Assembly (NCBI GenBank): GCA_973851085.1
Contig: OZ316775.1
Span: 19,468,001-19,532,000, forward strand
Origin: Ptychomitrium polyphyllum
Lineage: Eukaryota
Direction: 5' to 3'
DNA: 64,000 bases
A program made the translations under genes and the position numbers. Under the pieces are notes generated by a model. It saw only the letters and a list, made by a program, of their open reading frames with translations, was not told the DNA's origin and searched no databases. How positions within the stretch are numbered: position 1 is the first letter of the stretch; each line of letters starts with the position of its first letter. Of the stretch, positions 38,856-51,800 are shown in pieces.

Positions 38856-41800
38856 ATGGAAAGCAACCCTGAGGAGGCACTTCCTCCTCCTCAGCCAGTC
38901 CCTCCAGGAGCTGTTCCTACCCGACTTCCGGGCTACGGTGGAGGTGAGGGAAGCAGCCATCAGGCAGGATCATCTCGTTCTGGACCGAGCGGGGAAACGA
39001 GCAGCAAAGCCTTGGTTGCGGTTGCAAACGTACGTTCGCTTACGAAAGCGACGAGACCAGGATCCGGGAGAGCTGGTCGACCCACTAAATTGGCCGTGAA
39101 TCACTTCAGAGCTAAGTTAGTGAAGTGGGACGACGTTTTTCATTATAATGTGAGCATGCTATTCCCACCATCTTCTTATATCTGGACGAGTTTTAGGCTT
39201 AAGCGTGTACTGACTTCTTGTACTCTCTGGCACGTCTTAAGGTGTCCGTTGAGCCACCAGTGACGAACAAGAAGGTCTGTCGCGACATCCTGAGGAAGCT
39301 GCAGGCCACTTTCGGCGAGGCGGAGTTTAATAGAAAGCAATGGGCCTATGACGGAGAGAAATCACTATATACAGGCGGTGGTTTGCCGTTCAACACGAAG
39401 GAGTTTCCAGTATTCCTGGACGATCACAAAGGGCCTACATTCAGGCCTGGTGACCGAGGTGGTCGGCATGGTCATAGTCCACCCGTGGACAACGCATCAG
39501 CAGGTAACAGGTCTAGTGAGTGGACCTGCGACGTTTATTTGTTGATAATCTATGCAGTAGATGGAAATTTAGTGCTAGATGTTAATTTTCTCTTCTCGTT
39601 GTTGGATTTTGCAGGTAGTCCAGGACTTGAGATTGTTCCGAAGAGGAGAAAGACCATAGCAAGAGGGAGAGATTTCAAGGTGAATAGAATTTGCTGCTAA
39701 AATTCGGATGAAAGCAATCGAAAAGATGATGAGGGGAGCGATGGGGAGGTGTAATCAGGGTCAGGAAATTCGAGCCCTAGACGGACTTCGTGTTCTAGAT
39801 ATATTACTTCGCGAGAGTGCTTCACAAAGGTAAGAATGCAAATGTATACTGAGCGTAGTTGATATGCGTATATACCTCAATTTTTTTGGTGCCCTTTGTG
39901 TAGTGTCCCTTGCTGCTTATACTACATGTTACCTGATGCTATGATGTACAGAGGCTATCTGCTTGTGAGGGACAATTTCTTCCATCCAAATTTGGGCACA
40001 CCCTGTGACCTGGGTGGAGGGGTGGAGGCCTGGCATGGTTACCACTCGAGCGTGAGGCCAACTGGCCTGGGGTTAACTCTCAATCTTGGTGAGTGACATT
40101 CAAGGCTTGTCAATATATAACAAGTAGGTCTGGATCGATCATAGTCTACTTTTAGAGCACACATACACTGACCTGTGAGTGAACCAGTACCCTAGTTTCT
40201 TCTGCGTTTCATTTGAAGCGACTATTGGCACATTAACATTTTACACTGACTGGTATACTGATTGCATATTAGATATCACCATGACAACTGTTCTGAAGCC
40301 CATCATGGTCGAGGACTTTCTCAAGGAAATGTTCAATGTACATGGCCTCTACAAGTTGCGAGAAAGAGAGAAAGATTTTCGGAAAGTGAAGAGCGTCCTC
40401 AAGGGCATTCGGATTGAGACTACTCATATGGAGGTGTCACGAACACATAAAATTGTAGGGTTCAGCGAAGAGAACATTCAACATCTCAGGTGAGAGCAAT
40501 TGGCACAAATGTTTGTTGGTTTAGAATGTTGTCAAGTTATGCAATCTGAACCTTCATTTACATACTAGTGTTTGTACAGATTCCCAAAGACGATCAAAGT
40601 TGGTCAGGGTAACGTAATAGAAGAGGAAATATCTGTGAAGCAGTACTACGCAGAGACGTACTCTTACCGTCTGAAATACCCAGATTTTCCAGCATTGGAT
40701 GTCGGTAGCAAGAAGAAGCCCACATACATGCCTATAGAGGTAATTTCTGTGGATTGCTCTTTAATCCCATTGCTTTCTAGTTTGCTATAGTTGGTAGGTC
40801 TCCTGTCCTCATATGGTTCTATTTCACTTATCTCCGCTAGTGGTTGTTTGTTTGGCCGTAGTTGTGTAGGATAGTTGCTGGACAACGCTATACAAAGTCT
40901 CTCTCTAGTCAGCAGAGGGCGAAGCAGATTGCTGCTTGCAAGCAGGGTCCACGAGAGAGACGGAACCGGTGTGTAAAAGCAATGGAGGTCAGCAAGTACA
41001 GCTCCGAAAAACTTATTGCAGAATTCGGTCTTCAATTCGAGAATAGGTTGGCTTTAGTCTCAGGCAGAATACTACCTCCCCCCCAGGTATTGACCAAGTG
41101 ATTTTAGTGTATGACTTTCACATTACGCAGGGTGACATCTAATCGAGGAATTGCATCAGAATGCACATGACCATGTCAACATTTGTTTTCTTCTTATTGT
41201 GTGAACAGCTTCAGTTTGGAAATGGAAGGACTGAAGCACCTCATCAGGGCCGCTGGAACTTCAGTGACAAGGTACGGTTTGCTTTGGTCTGTTCCATTGC
41301 ACGTTTGCTCTCTAAAACTTGGTTCTAAAATTTTCATGGTCATATATTCTGAATCAGATTCGACTTTCTGAATTCTAGTCAGATCTGATCTTAATATTAT
41401 GCAATCTGGGTCTGTTTATGCAGATGGTGCACACGGGGGTTGTAATTCCTTCTTGGGCGGTGGCTGTATTTGATGACCGCTGCCGTGATGGACATGAGAT
41501 TGCAAGGCAGTTGAGAAACTGTTGTTGCAGACAAGGACTGGTGCTGCTCGGAAGCACTTCCACTTTCAGCTTGTTTTATTATACGAATGAATGCCTTCTG
41601 TATTGGACAATTATGTGGCATGCTCGTAAATCTCATGTGCTGCAAACTATTTTCATTCCAGACTATGCCGGATCCAACAGGGGTGGTGAAGGAGAGGCAG
41701 AATAACCAACATCTTCCACCTGAACAAAGGGTAAAGGCGATGATAGAGGAATTGAAAAATTATGACCCTCAGTTCATCTTGGCTATTTTACCGGTGGATG

Positions 41801-44001
41801 CTTCCAATACTGATCTCTATGGTGCGCTCATTTCTTTACCTGTTCTCTTTCACTAGTATTCTTTAAATGATCTTTTATCTGGTGAGCCATAATACATACA
41901 TTACCTTAGATTTCTGGAATATTCAACCAGTTTCTTGATGTCATGGCAGTTGCGTTCAAGCGAGTCTGTGAGCTGCAAATTGGAAGGATTTCACAGTGCA
42001 TGATCAGGCCTAGGCAACTCAACGCTCAATACCTTGGAAACCTCGCCCTGAAGATTAATCTCAAGGTTTAAAATAGCCTCTGTGATGTCCGGAATGTATT
42101 TGCCTCACCGAGTTAGCATAAATATTTGTACTAAAAGTAAAAGTTTCTTATGAATTGACTTTCTGGATCGTGTACAGATGGGAGGCTTAAATTCTCCTCT
42201 GTCTCCAAAGGGGCTGGTATGTCTTACGGAATCCACCATCATTTTTGGGATGGATGTGTCCCATGGCTCCGTTGGAGAAGATGCCCCTTCAATTGCAGCG
42301 GTGGTTGCATCCAAGAACTGGCCAAACGTCTTTCACTATGCAAGCCGGGCAAGAGCACAGCCTGCAAGGATGGAAATGATAGAAGGACTCCATACTGATG
42401 GGAAGGGAGGGATGATCAAGTTAGTGTTTCCAATTTCAATATGTTTGAGTTAGGCGAGATGAAATTTGATGCATGATGACTGATGTTGATGTTTTTTGGC
42501 CAGGGACTTGCTTGTTGAGTACCACAGGTCATGCGCCAAAGGATTCAATCCTAAACCTACCCAAATAATTGTCTACAGGTACTGTGGTCCCTTTTGCATC
42601 TACATGTGTTTTCTCATTACATTGCTCGTCTTTGAATGTTACGAAAGATCGTCACCCAAAGTCTTCATATAAGAATTCTACTTTTTTGAATAATTCTACG
42701 TTGATGTATTTATTTGAAAGCTTAAATTCGTGGTTGTACACTGGCAGGGATGGAGTCAGTGAGAGCCAGTTTGCTGAATGCGTGGAAAAAGAGGCCATTG
42801 CATTCAAAAGAGTACATTCCAGCTCCTTCCCTTCTTTGTACTTCTCGAGTTCACGTGTTGACGAAACTGCAGTTTAAGACTGATTGTCCTCAGTATTTCT
42901 TTAGCCTTTATTTTTTTTTCACAGGCCTGTAGAGATATGGACGACGGCTATGAAAATCGTGTAAAACTCATCTTCATTGTTGCACAAAAGCGGCACAACA
43001 CGCGTTTCTTTCCTCAGGACCAAGCGATGAAAAATGGAAACGTTATACCGGGTATTGCTCATCCCTTGCTTGAGCTATACGCCACACTTCTGTATGTTTG
43101 AGCTATGTATTGAAAGGTCTCAGTTCCACAGAATCATCACGGTATGATGGTTATTAATAGTTTAGCAAAAACTTGCACTTGTATAAGGCAGAGTTCTGTT
43201 CATGTGCAGGCACCGTCGTCGACAAGGATATCTGCCATCCACGTAACTACGACTTCTTCCTCGTCAGCCAAGCTGGACTTATAGTATACCTCCGAAATCA
43301 CATACTTGCCCTTTAACAATATCAACAGTCTTACAAATCAGGAAGAGAAAGCTCTTTAGGCAGCTTGCCTTGTTTCGATTCTCTTAATGTAACAATTCGG
43401 AAGTGTATTTGGTTGTGTGCAGGGGACATCTCGCCCTACCCACTACCATGTACTTGTGAATGAGAGCACCCTTACGCCTGATGACATTCAGGGTTTAACG
43501 AACAATTTATGCTACACGTAAGTGCCTTGAAACTGTCTCTTTTAATATTCTTTCAAATTATATTACTAGTTTCCCTGTTGTGTTCTATGCGCAAGCGCCT
43601 GTTGTTGATTTTTCAATCATTTGTTTGTTTTTATGATACATTTTACTTGGTTTTTCGCTCACTATGTTCGGTGTTGAGTTGATTTGCGCAGGTTTGGTCG
43701 TTGTTCAACTTCAATTTCGATGGGTAAGTCTCTTTTTGAAAATGGTGCATTGAACTAGACTAAGTTAATTTTTCTCACATGTCATTCACATGTTTGATTT
43801 TCTAACACAAGACTTGCCATGACTTCAGCGGCGCCAGCAGCTTATGCTCATATTATGGCAGCAAGGTATAGGAAGCTGATAGACAATTGGGGAGGATCTG
43901 ATACCTCTTCTTCGAGAAGCGCTAGAGATGGAGGTTCAAGAATAGTTAAGCCTCTTCCACAATTGCAGATAAATTTACAATATTCCATGTTTTACTGCTA
44001 A
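38856..44001 (+). CDS. AGO: Argonaute, AGO4/6/9 clade, 19 coding exons, with a frameshift in exon 3
   Basis: Exons: 38856-39149, 39242-39503, 39615-39829, 39952-40088, 40273-40489, 40580-40739, 40862-41086, 41209-41271, 41424-41540, 41662-41821, 41950-42065, 42178-42419, 42504-42578, 42748-42811, 42925-43051, 43210-43283, 43423-43517, 43692-43723, 43829-44001. N-terminal [14 protein letters not shown] ([11 protein letters not shown]), MID ([17 protein letters not shown]), [36 protein letters not shown]-terminal MFYC. Confidence 0.95.
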
Positions 44002-44736
44002 GTCCTACTCTGGACATGTTTTCCATGGCCTTTCAGTGGACCTCCAATTTTGTTAGTTAGATCAGGTCCTAAATAGTAGTTCTAAACAGATTTTGCAATA
44101 GCTGAGCTTCTGCAGAACTCAAGGTCGGTGTACTAGGTGAAACTTGTATAAAAAACCTTTTAAACAATTTTAAACATGGTACAATTTTGTAAAAGAAATT
44201 TAAAGACATGATACCCTGTTGCTCTTCATATGTCAATCTCGACCATGTGTACACTTCTGTAAACTCGCGGAATACATGCAGATGAAACTGAAATTTGAGA
44301 CTAGTTCCTACTATCGGATTGCACGCTCTTGTGCTTTGGAACTTCCTCACTCGGGAACTAGAAGAACAAGCATAAAAGTCACTGTATATGCGTGAAGGTG
44401 AGAGTCGGCTTTGTACCAAGATTCTTTTATAAGAACTTGCAACAAGTACTGTAGATCAGTTAATTTAGCTTTATACATCGGAACCCGTTTGAAGCAGTAT
44501 TCTGGACAAAGATTTCTATAAGGTTGCTAGAAGGCATGGCCGTCTTGTTCGAGTTGTATAGATTACCATGCAGATGCCCAAGTTGAACTGGTTTCGGAGG
44601 CCGCAATTACTGCCTACTCAAAGTGAGACTTCTTCAAAGCAATCTGAGTACAATTCCAAGTAGTTGAAAATTGAGCAAGCTCCAAGTCTCAGAACACTTC
44701 AGTGAACTTCTACTTCCAGAAAATTAACTAATTGCC

Positions 44737-45830
44737 TCAGGCTACGACCTTTTTCGCGAAGCGCAGGATATACTTGGCAATCTGCTGCAGATGATCTTCC
44801 AGAACGAAGTGCCCGCCGTCTAGTAGGTGGAGCTCGGCATGGGGCAGGTCCCTGAGGTACGCCTTGGCACCTGGAACGCCAAAGATGAAGTCATTCTTGC
44901 CCCACACAATCAAGGTTGGGAATTGGTACTTTCGAAACGTGGCTTGGAAGCTCGGGTAGCGCTTGAGGTTGGTCTGATAGTCGTAGAAGAGGTCAAGCTG
45001 GATTTGCGTATGTCCCGGCAGTTGCAGGAAGTAGTAGTCCAAATACCAGTTGTCAGGGGAGACCTTCTCCACATCTTTGGCTCCCGTCACATACTGGTAG
45101 CGCGTGGTTTCGAATGTGAAGAGCGTGAGTAGGGGCTTCGCATTCTCCGCGGTTCGGTCTTTCCAGTACCTGTCCGAGACATAAGAAGAATAAAATAGAA
45201 TAATTCAGACTAGGTTGCCAGCAAGAGGAAGCGATGTGATAGAGATAAAATTTCAGGAGAGATGGCGCAGAATGTGCACAAGGTAAAAGAACCTAAAATG
45301 CAGAATTGGGCTAGCCTGTTGCCAACAGAAAAGAGATAATGATTGAATTTCAGTGGACAAGAATCTGAAATGGCGTAAAACGCTCGCACTCACTTGCGGA
45401 TGGGGTCCCAGAACGAAGTGAGTCCTTCTTCGTGGGCGATGCCATTCTGCACAACCAAGCCAAGGATGCGCTCTGGATGAGCTTCCATCAAGCGCAAGCC
45501 GACAGGAGCGCCGTAGTCCATGATGTACACAAAGAAATGGCTGATTCCCAGCTGCTGAATCAGTTCTTCAACGGTGTTGGACAAGTGGTCGAATGTGTAG
45601 GCGAAGTCTGCCGCAGGTGGGGACTCGGTGTAGCCAAACCCGGGGTAGTCAGGTGCAACGACGTGCATGAAACAAGCCAGAAGTGGAATCAAGCCACGGA
45701 ACATATGGGACGATGTGGGAAAGCCATGGAGGAGCAGCATGGTGGGATGCGACGGATCGCCAGCCTCTCTGTAGAACATGTTGATCTGCGAGAGACTCGC
45801 ATTGCGGTAGAACACCACATTGTTCGTCAT
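44737..45830 (-). CDS. Alpha/beta-fold hydrolase, epoxide hydrolase / haloalkane dehalogenase-like, microbial-type subfamily
   Basis: Exons 45830-45394 and 45169-44737 (phase-2 intron). Motifs FYREAG, LLLHGFPTSSHMFR, APDYPGFG, nucleophile IMDYGAP, QNG, IVWGKNDFIF, LLDGGHF. Confidence 0.92.
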
Positions 45831-46699
45831 TGTGGCACGTCCGGGAAGATGAACTTCTCCCCGTCACAGTTCAAACCTGACAAGAAGCTCACCATTAGTT
45901 GATCAGCATTCAAACTACAAGTTTCGGCATCTGAAGACCAACACTATTCTCCGTCCTCCAAGTCTACGATGCTCAACAGCAAAATGAAATGCATATGTCA
46001 AAGTTGAATCTTCATATTCTAACAGATTCATAACAGTTCTGCTGCATCGAAGAGACCTGATATAACACTATCTTGCACGTTTTATCTTGTATTGAAGAAA
46101 CGTACTCACCAGATTGTCTCACAAATCTCGTCAGCAAACACATAATAGATGCAGCGAATATGAGCATAGCAGTCCACTATTATGCAGTGGTGGTAGAGCA
46201 GTATATTATACAAGTCTTTAGAAAAGGACAAGGCAGGAAAATACTCCTACTGCTGCTATGCACATCCTTTTGCGGAGCTCCGAAGGAGTACTAGCAGCAG
46301 CTGTGACGCAACATAGGCGTCAACTTGCATCAGCGACCTTGACCTGTGACGATACTCGTGTGGGAGTGCTCGCCTGTAGAGTTGTTTTTCCTTCCCACTG
46401 CAGAGTATGCCACTTCAGTGGCTCTACTCAGTTTTAATGCATGTAATGATGCTTGCACGGGCTGCCGAAAATTTATGAGGCCATTTAATACTCTGTAAGT
46501 ATTATACAGACGAACGAATCATGGGTTCTAGCTCCAGTAAGAATCGATTTTGGCCACTCAGGAGCCAGGCTCTATCCTCAAAGTTAGGAAGAAAGTACGT
46601 AGGAATTTCTTCAAATCTGTTTCTTTCTTTTCTATCTCTTTTTTATTCGGGACAAGTTGCAAGACGAATCTTGGAGAAGCCACCTTATTGTCACGGAGT

Positions 46700-47473
46700 T
46701 CAGGGCAAGTAGAAAAGTGGACAAGATGTAATCCTTACAGCTCGTGGCAGGCCCTATTTACACGTTTGGAAGGAGTTCCAATGCAGGATCATACGGAATT
46801 TGAGGTCCTTTACGCCACCAAGATTGAAGTTCTTCCAAGTCCCGTTTGCTCCGCAACATGTGGATGTGTTTGGTATATTCTCCAAGAAGTTGCCAATCAA
46901 TAGTGAATTCTTTGAAGTTTTGAAGGTTAATTGTCAGAGCCAACAGTTGGGCAAGATGACACAGCCAACATGCACTCGGAATCAAGTGCCAAGTCATTGA
47001 ATGAGGCTAAAAGTAACAAACTAGTGATACAAGCTCAGAAACCTATTGGCAAGCTAAATGCACCAAGTCTGTCAAAGCGGATCTGTGTAGTGGCTGTAGA
47101 TCTACAACTCATCCCACAACAAAGTGATGGATTTTGCATAAAGAGCTGAAGCCTATTGGTGCCCCGAAAGACAAAAGAAAAGGGGCTCTTGGGAAGTAGG
47201 AAGTCCAAGGTATATAAGGCCAAGTCACTGAAAGATGAAAGGGATGTTAAGAAGGCCCAGACCAATGCTTGGTTTACGAGTATTGAAGCTCAATTGGACA
47301 CCATTGTTGCTGCATTGTCAGCCAAGCTAGGGTCTCAAACAATGGAGATCCCATCTTTTAATACAAAACTAGAAAATTCTTTTTATGGAATAAGAAACCT
47401 GGAATTTTCCAATTTTTTCATGACCAGGTCCAAGACACAAGGCAATGTGCGGTGTGATGTAGTAGCACCTTGA
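46700..47473 (+). mobile_element. Degenerate retrotransposon gag fragment
   Basis: 47086-47154 reads CSGCRSTTHPTTK*WILHKELKP, a CX2CX4HX4C zinc knuckle with the last Cys mutated to TGA; broken frames around it. Confidence 0.55.
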
Positions 47474-48818
47474 ATTTTTGAGGTTGTAAGGCTAATCGCT
47501 AATTGCTTGAATCCTTTGTTTTGAAGATATGGAACTTATGTTAGCTATAGTGTTAGTGTTAAAGGTGCGGTACAATTTATTGCTCCAAAGAATAAAACAA
47601 AGAATGAATATGTTTAGAATAAGATGTGGTAAATAAATTTTTCTTATTTCCTAGTTTTTCACTTAATATGGAAGTTGCATGAATATTTGATGTAGTTTTC
47701 TTTTGAACTAGTTGCTACAATATTTGTAGATTCGAAGACACTAAATATTTTAGAGTTATGTAAGCCATTTTTGATTGTAGGTAAGAAATTAAAGAGGATA
47801 TGTTTGCATAACATATTCTTATGATAATAGCAATATGAATTCATCTTATAACAAAGAGACTAGCCATTGAATAAGCCTCCATTATGTTATATATAATTAT
47901 AATTGATGATTTTAAAAAGCTTTTGTTTGATAATTGGACTTTAATGCACTTTTTAGGCCATTTAGCTTATTTCTTAGCTTATTTCTTAGCTTATTTCTTA
48001 TTAAACATCCATATTTCTTTTATTTTCTTTTTCTTATTTTAGTTTTCTTTTTAAAATTTTTTTGTGAGGTTTGACTTTATCCTCTTTTGTAATTTAAACC
48101 TAGAAGTTTCAACCAAAATAAATTCTTTAATTTTTAATTTTTAATTTTTTTGTTTTTATTTAAATATTTGAGTAAATAAAGGCTTCATAAAGAAGAATAG
48201 GAGCAAATGTGAAGCGATAAAATTGATGTGGAATAATAAAGAGCGGATGTAATGGTTTAACAACTGCCTTCATTTTTTCTCTCGATTTCTTCCACTTGAG
48301 TAAGAAGGTAGATCTTATTTTAGTGATATTGCATAGTACACTGCTTAGTTTGAATTGATATTTATTGAATATTCTTTATTCTCTTCTAAGTTGTTCAGAA
48401 AGCCACTATAATTCTATTTAAAGTTAGTATGTAACTAAGGTACTAGTTTGAATAAAGTTGAGTCAGTTGCCTTGAGTTTTTTAAAGCAACTACTTTGAAT
48501 GCTTGTAATTTTTTTGCATAAATGATTTTTGATAATGAAATTTATAGAATAGAATTTACAATACTTTAAGATGATGATGTAGAAATTTGACAGTGAAAAG
48601 TTCTTACATTAGGAAAGTATAAGGAAAAATAGCAGAACATAGCAAAGTTTGGAGTTATATGTTTTGAACCATTGGAGATACTTAGAAGGGCTTTAAGGTT
48701 GAGATTTTGGTAAAAAGTTTATTGTAAACTAGATAGTATATAAAATAAAGTTTAAAGTCTATATTTATTGTAAAAAAGGTATTTAAGATAGTTAAAGAAA
48801 AAAGGGTCTAAGAGCTAT

Positions 48819-51800
48819 AATTAGGGATACAAGAAACAAGAAGCAAAAACAAAGTGTTTTCCAAGAATTAGCTTCCAAAGAGCTAATGATTATCAAAAAT
48901 TGATACAAGGACTAAAACAAAGCAAGATACACGATGATCCACAATTTGTATTGGCAAGACTAAAGAATACCTTGTCTTTCTTCCTATTTATATTATAACG
49001 CTTGTATCTCCTAAGATACTTCTGGAGAAGCTTCTTACAAGGTTTAAGAATGTTCTAGAAGTCTATGGAACCTTCCCAAGAAGTTTTCCAAGATGGTGGA
49101 ACCTTTTTAAGAAGTTTCTAAGGAATTGGAACCTTCCTTGGAAGTTTTCTAAGGCGGTGGAACTTTTGAAGGAAATTTTTCAAGAAAGTGGAAACGGCTA
49201 TGAAGACATTGAAAATATTCTAAAAAAATACAACAATATACTAAAAGGTTCTAGAAGGTTCTAAAGACTGTATTGCATAATCCATGTTTGTGACATCACT
49301 TCTCTTTTTAGCGAAAAGTTCCATAAAGACTTATTTATGTGACTTACTTATCACATCTCCACAAATTCCAAAACTTGTCAAAGAAGAGAAGCAACATATT
49401 CCACTTGTTGTTCTTTGCCCATTGCTTCAACTGATCCTTGCAAAAAGCACCAAAGACCTCTAGCCAAGACTTCAATTGTTGAAGTGTCTCAGCTCAAAAT
49501 TTGATTTTCATTAAGTCCATCAAAACATCCTCCAAACAAGATCTTAGGTCCTCCAAGAGTAACTCTTCTAATTTCTAATAAGATCACTACAACTTAAGCA
49601 TCTAAATTGAGACTAATATTTCTACACGAGGTCGTACACAATGTTGGAATGTCTCTCTCATATCTTGGCTAAGATCCTCCAATATTGAAGGTTGAAAAAA
49701 TTTGAGTTGATTCAATAAATACTGCTATTGAAGAAGGTACAACCGACTATTCTTTATACATATTCATAATAACATGAAGATTTGACATATTGATTAGGAT
49801 CTAAAGATGATCTATCTTGGAAACAATGTTGCATATAATTGAAAGTTTGGATATCTCTCCCCCTTTTTATACTTATCTACGGAAGAAACTTCTTTGTGAA
49901 GCTAACAATTACTGATAACATGTCATCATTGACCTGGTTTTTGAAGATATTTTTGATGAAATCTGTATATCTTCTTAGATGCATTTATTACGTTCATTGA
50001 ACGTTTCTATGTTTGGTCTTTGATGCCATATCCTTTCCAATGTATAAGGTACTCCATACATCCATTCTTGATGCATAAGTCTAAGATTTTTTTGACTTCA
50101 TACTCCATTTCATTATTGATTTCTATCAGAAGTAGCAAAAAAACAATCATCTCGGATATACATGACTTATTGTAGATTTCCAATAAAGATACATGGAGCA
50201 CTAGATGAATTTGCATGGTTGGTGGTAGTTTGAGGCAATAATTGATTGAATTTATTTATTTGCTTATTTCAAATGGTCATAGCCTTTAATAGTCTAGCTT
50301 CTTTGATGCTCTTTTTGGTTGTATGTTTTGTTAATAGGAGCCATACATTATCTCCAACCTTAAACTTTGGATGGTTCTTCCAATGACAATGTGCATAAGC
50401 TTTGTATTGATCTTGAACGTGTTGTAATTAGAAAGTTAGTTCTTGGTGAATTTTAGCAAATTGAGCTGCAATATCTTCTATTGTAGGATGTCCAATGTAG
50501 TTCATTTGAAATGAGTTTGCTCAAGGATAATAGCTTTAGCTGCAAAGAATGGACTTTGCGTTGTTGAAGAATGCATTGTATTGTTGTAAGCAATTCCGCC
50601 AAAGGTAAGCGGTCCATTTAATTGTCTTTCTAGTAGTTTATCCTACATCAAAGGTACTGCTCCAAAATTTCATTCACATTTTTTATTTAACCATCAACTT
50701 GTGCATGGTGTGTTGAAAAAAGGTTGATCTTCACGAGTAACAGCTGAAAGAGAATCCTCCAAAAGTTGATAATGAACTGGGGCCCTAAATCGGATATAAT
50801 ATCATTTAATAGTCCACATATGCAGTAGATATGATATAGGAACAATTTGGTAGTTTTTTCTGTTGTTACCGTCTTCTTGCATGGAATGAAATGCACTATT
50901 TTGATAAACCAATCCACCACTATTAAAATACAATCCTTAGAATTGGAGTTTGGAAGGTCCGTGATAAAATTCATTGATAATGACAACCATGGACCCTTTA
51001 ACATTAGAAGCAAATAGAAGAGACCATGAGGTTGGTGTCTTGGTATCTTGGCCTTTATGCAAGTCTCGCATGATCAAACAAAATCTTTTACGTATTTCCA
51101 CATTTGCGGCCACCAATAATCTCTAACAACAAACTCCATTGTTTTATTAAATCCAAAATGCCTTGCTCCTGAAAATCATGATGTGCTTGAAAGATCTTCA
51201 ATTACAAAGGACCTAGAGGTAGGTACAAAAGTCCTTTTAATAAAGTAGGCCCTCTTGGAATTCAAAGTCCTCATTGCTATTTGAAAGATCTCTGTTGTTT
51301 TTAAGGCGCCTCTTCATATTTAAAATAAAGACATCATTTTTTAAAGCCTTCCAAATTTTGTTAAGATGAGATGTTGTGGTAATAATTGTTGCTTTCAATT
51401 GAAAATTCTGTGGTTTCAATAAAATAGTCCTTTATTGATTCAAAACATCATTTCCAAATTGAAAAGCTAAATAAAATCTTCAAAATAAGGCATTTAACTT
51501 ACCTTGTAAGCTACCAGTTCAATAAATAATGATGAAATCAAATCTGAAAAGCCACATACTCCACTTTGTTTCACGGCAATTTGGAACGCGTGCATTTATG
51601 AAGTACTTCAAGTTCTTGTAGTCTGTGTATATCGTGATGGTATATTAAGCTCCTTCTAATAAGTGTCGCCATTTCTCAAATGCATCCACAATTGCAAGTA
51701 ATTCTTTATCATGTATATTATAATTGATCTCTGCTGCTGAGAACTTCCTTGAACAGAAGACAATAGGGTGGAGTCTTCCATCTTCATCACATTGTGAGAG

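Noticed and set aside
45432..45902. 156-aa plus-strand ORF (and 44827-45132)
   Set aside because: Antisense shadows of the hydrolase exons.
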